The position numbers and the translations under genes are program-made. DNA of 63,725 nucleotides, the filler included, from Octopus bimaculoides (lineage: Eukaryota): NCBI RefSeq assembly GCF_001194135.2. It is 4 parts of 4 records of this genome, joined end to end, with 100 filler letters (N's around TTAATTAATTAA, not from the genome) between each part and the next. Parts side by side here need not be neighbours in the genome. Positions count along the whole stretch, not along the records: positions 58,557 to 63,725 come from NC_068993.1; 3 more parts are not named here. The stretch is one strand, 5' to 3'. The stretch's first letter is position 1, and each line of letters begins with the position of its first letter. Under the pieces are notes generated by a model. That model did no database searches. It was not told where the DNA came from and saw only the letters and a list, made by a program, of their open reading frames with translations. This document shows positions 62,260 through 63,725 of this stretch, piece by piece.

Positions 62260-62730
62260 TGTCGTCACCACCAACTTTCATTGTTGTCGTCGTTGTCATC
62301 ATCATTATAATAATCGTCGTCGTCGTCGTCGTATTCCTCATTATACCCACGATCATCATTATCATCATGTTTCTCATGATCATGATCTTCGCCTTCCTCT
62401 TCTTGTTCTTCCTCTTCCGCTCCTTTCTCTTCCTTCTTCTTTCTCCCTACTTCTTTTCTTTCTTCCCTTCTCCTTCCACTTCTTCCTCCTCTTCTCTTAA
62501 CCTTCTATTTCTCCTTCACTTCGTTTTCCTCCCGTTCTTCCTTCTCTTCTTTTTCCTGCCCTTCTTTTCCCTCCTCTTCCTCCATTTCACCATCATCTTC
62601 ATCATCATCATCATCGTCGTCGTCGTCGTCGTCGTCATCATCATCATTATCTTTATCATCATCTTTATTTTCACCGTATCCATCATCAACATCTGCATCC
62701 TCCTCCCCTTCTTCATCATCATCGTAGCCA
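62260..62730 (+). repeat. Compound (CAT/CGT/CTT)n low-complexity tract
   Basis: Direct reading; source of the hydrophobic and poly-D/E pseudo-ORFs. Confidence 0.85.
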
Positions 62731-63019
62731 TTTTGGGCTTTTTTGCTTCTGCTTAAAGATATCCAAACATTCAACCACAACTATAACATCTTTTCTGACA
62801 CAATATTCCATAAACTATATTTTCGAAAGTGTCCTCCTTACTTTAAAATAGGCTGCTCTTTCTAACATATCAAGCGCCAGCATAGGAGTGTACTCATTGA
62901 CTTTACTTTAATCTCGTTAATTTGGGATGTTTACCTATGTTTATCGTGACCTGTTGCTTTGAGCGAGATTTTATTTAGTCACTATGCCCTTCCATAGTTA
63001 ACGTATAGATACGAGTGAA

Positions 63020-63186
<167 letters not shown>

Positions 63187-63513
63187 TCTTTCTTTATTGG
63201 CCACCAGGGCCGAACACAAAACATAGAGGACGCCACACAGACTAGGGACAATGAGGTTAAACATGGAAACACCAAACAAACACAACACGATTAATAAAGA
63301 AATTAAATCAACAACATGCTTCCCCAAATTAAATCAACAGCATGCTTCCCCAATAAGGAGGAGTTCCACTGTAAGGTGACCAAAGAAACCTCATGCACTC
63401 GAACCCCTTAAAACCAACAGCTCCTCAAGAAGGCACCCTTTTTTCTCCTTTCCTTCTGGCTTACAGGCGCACACTTATAGTAGGCCTATTCACGCGGGCC
63501 ATTCTTGCCACAT
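63187..63513 (-). mobile_element. Tx1/L1-like LINE extreme 3' end
   Basis: Minus VARMARVNRPTISVRL* then a 3' UTR ending ggccctggtggccAATAAAgaaaga(att)n; 26-bp tandem duplication at about 63300-63351. Confidence 0.6.
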
Positions 63514-63693
63514 GGTATTGCAGACTTGAATTGAGCAATGATTGAGAACCAACAATACTCAACTTACATTAATGTCAAGCATTATCGGCACACAGTACGT
63601 CAACGGTGGTGTTTTATGTATACAGACACAGACGTCTCTGTGGGTATAGACGTACTCGTGTGTAGGTGCATGTGTATGTACATGTCTATTGCG

Positions 63694-63724
<31 letters not shown>

Positions 63725-63725
63725 A

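Overview
This is AT-rich, repeat-dense eukaryotic DNA. The SINE families and microsatellite load point to a coleoid cephalopod, most likely Octopus (inference). Three identical 100-bp spacers (44N-TTAATTAATTAA-44N) show the window is four joined pieces, so adjacency across 24920-25019, 46178-46277 and 58457-58556 is unproven. Most of the supplied ORFs are artefacts of N-gaps and microsatellites. Supported content: four tRNA-derived SINE families; decayed retroelements (Penelope-like, Tx1/L1-like, RTE, R4/Dong-like, two Ty3/gypsy); two mariners; and a candidate multi-exon gene of unknown product on the minus strand, with a core at 56.5-57.8 kb. The most striking signal is hammerhead-ribozyme-like motifs in several unrelated short repeat families, mostly 60-170 nt from a terminal (TA)n-type tract. 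Some are conventional type I motifs with a palindromic stem III. One family has the three strands in a non-circularly permuted (pseudoknotted) order, with compensatory changes in stem I between families. Many elements also occur as fold-back inverted pairs. All structures were derived by eye; no folding, alignment or database search was run.
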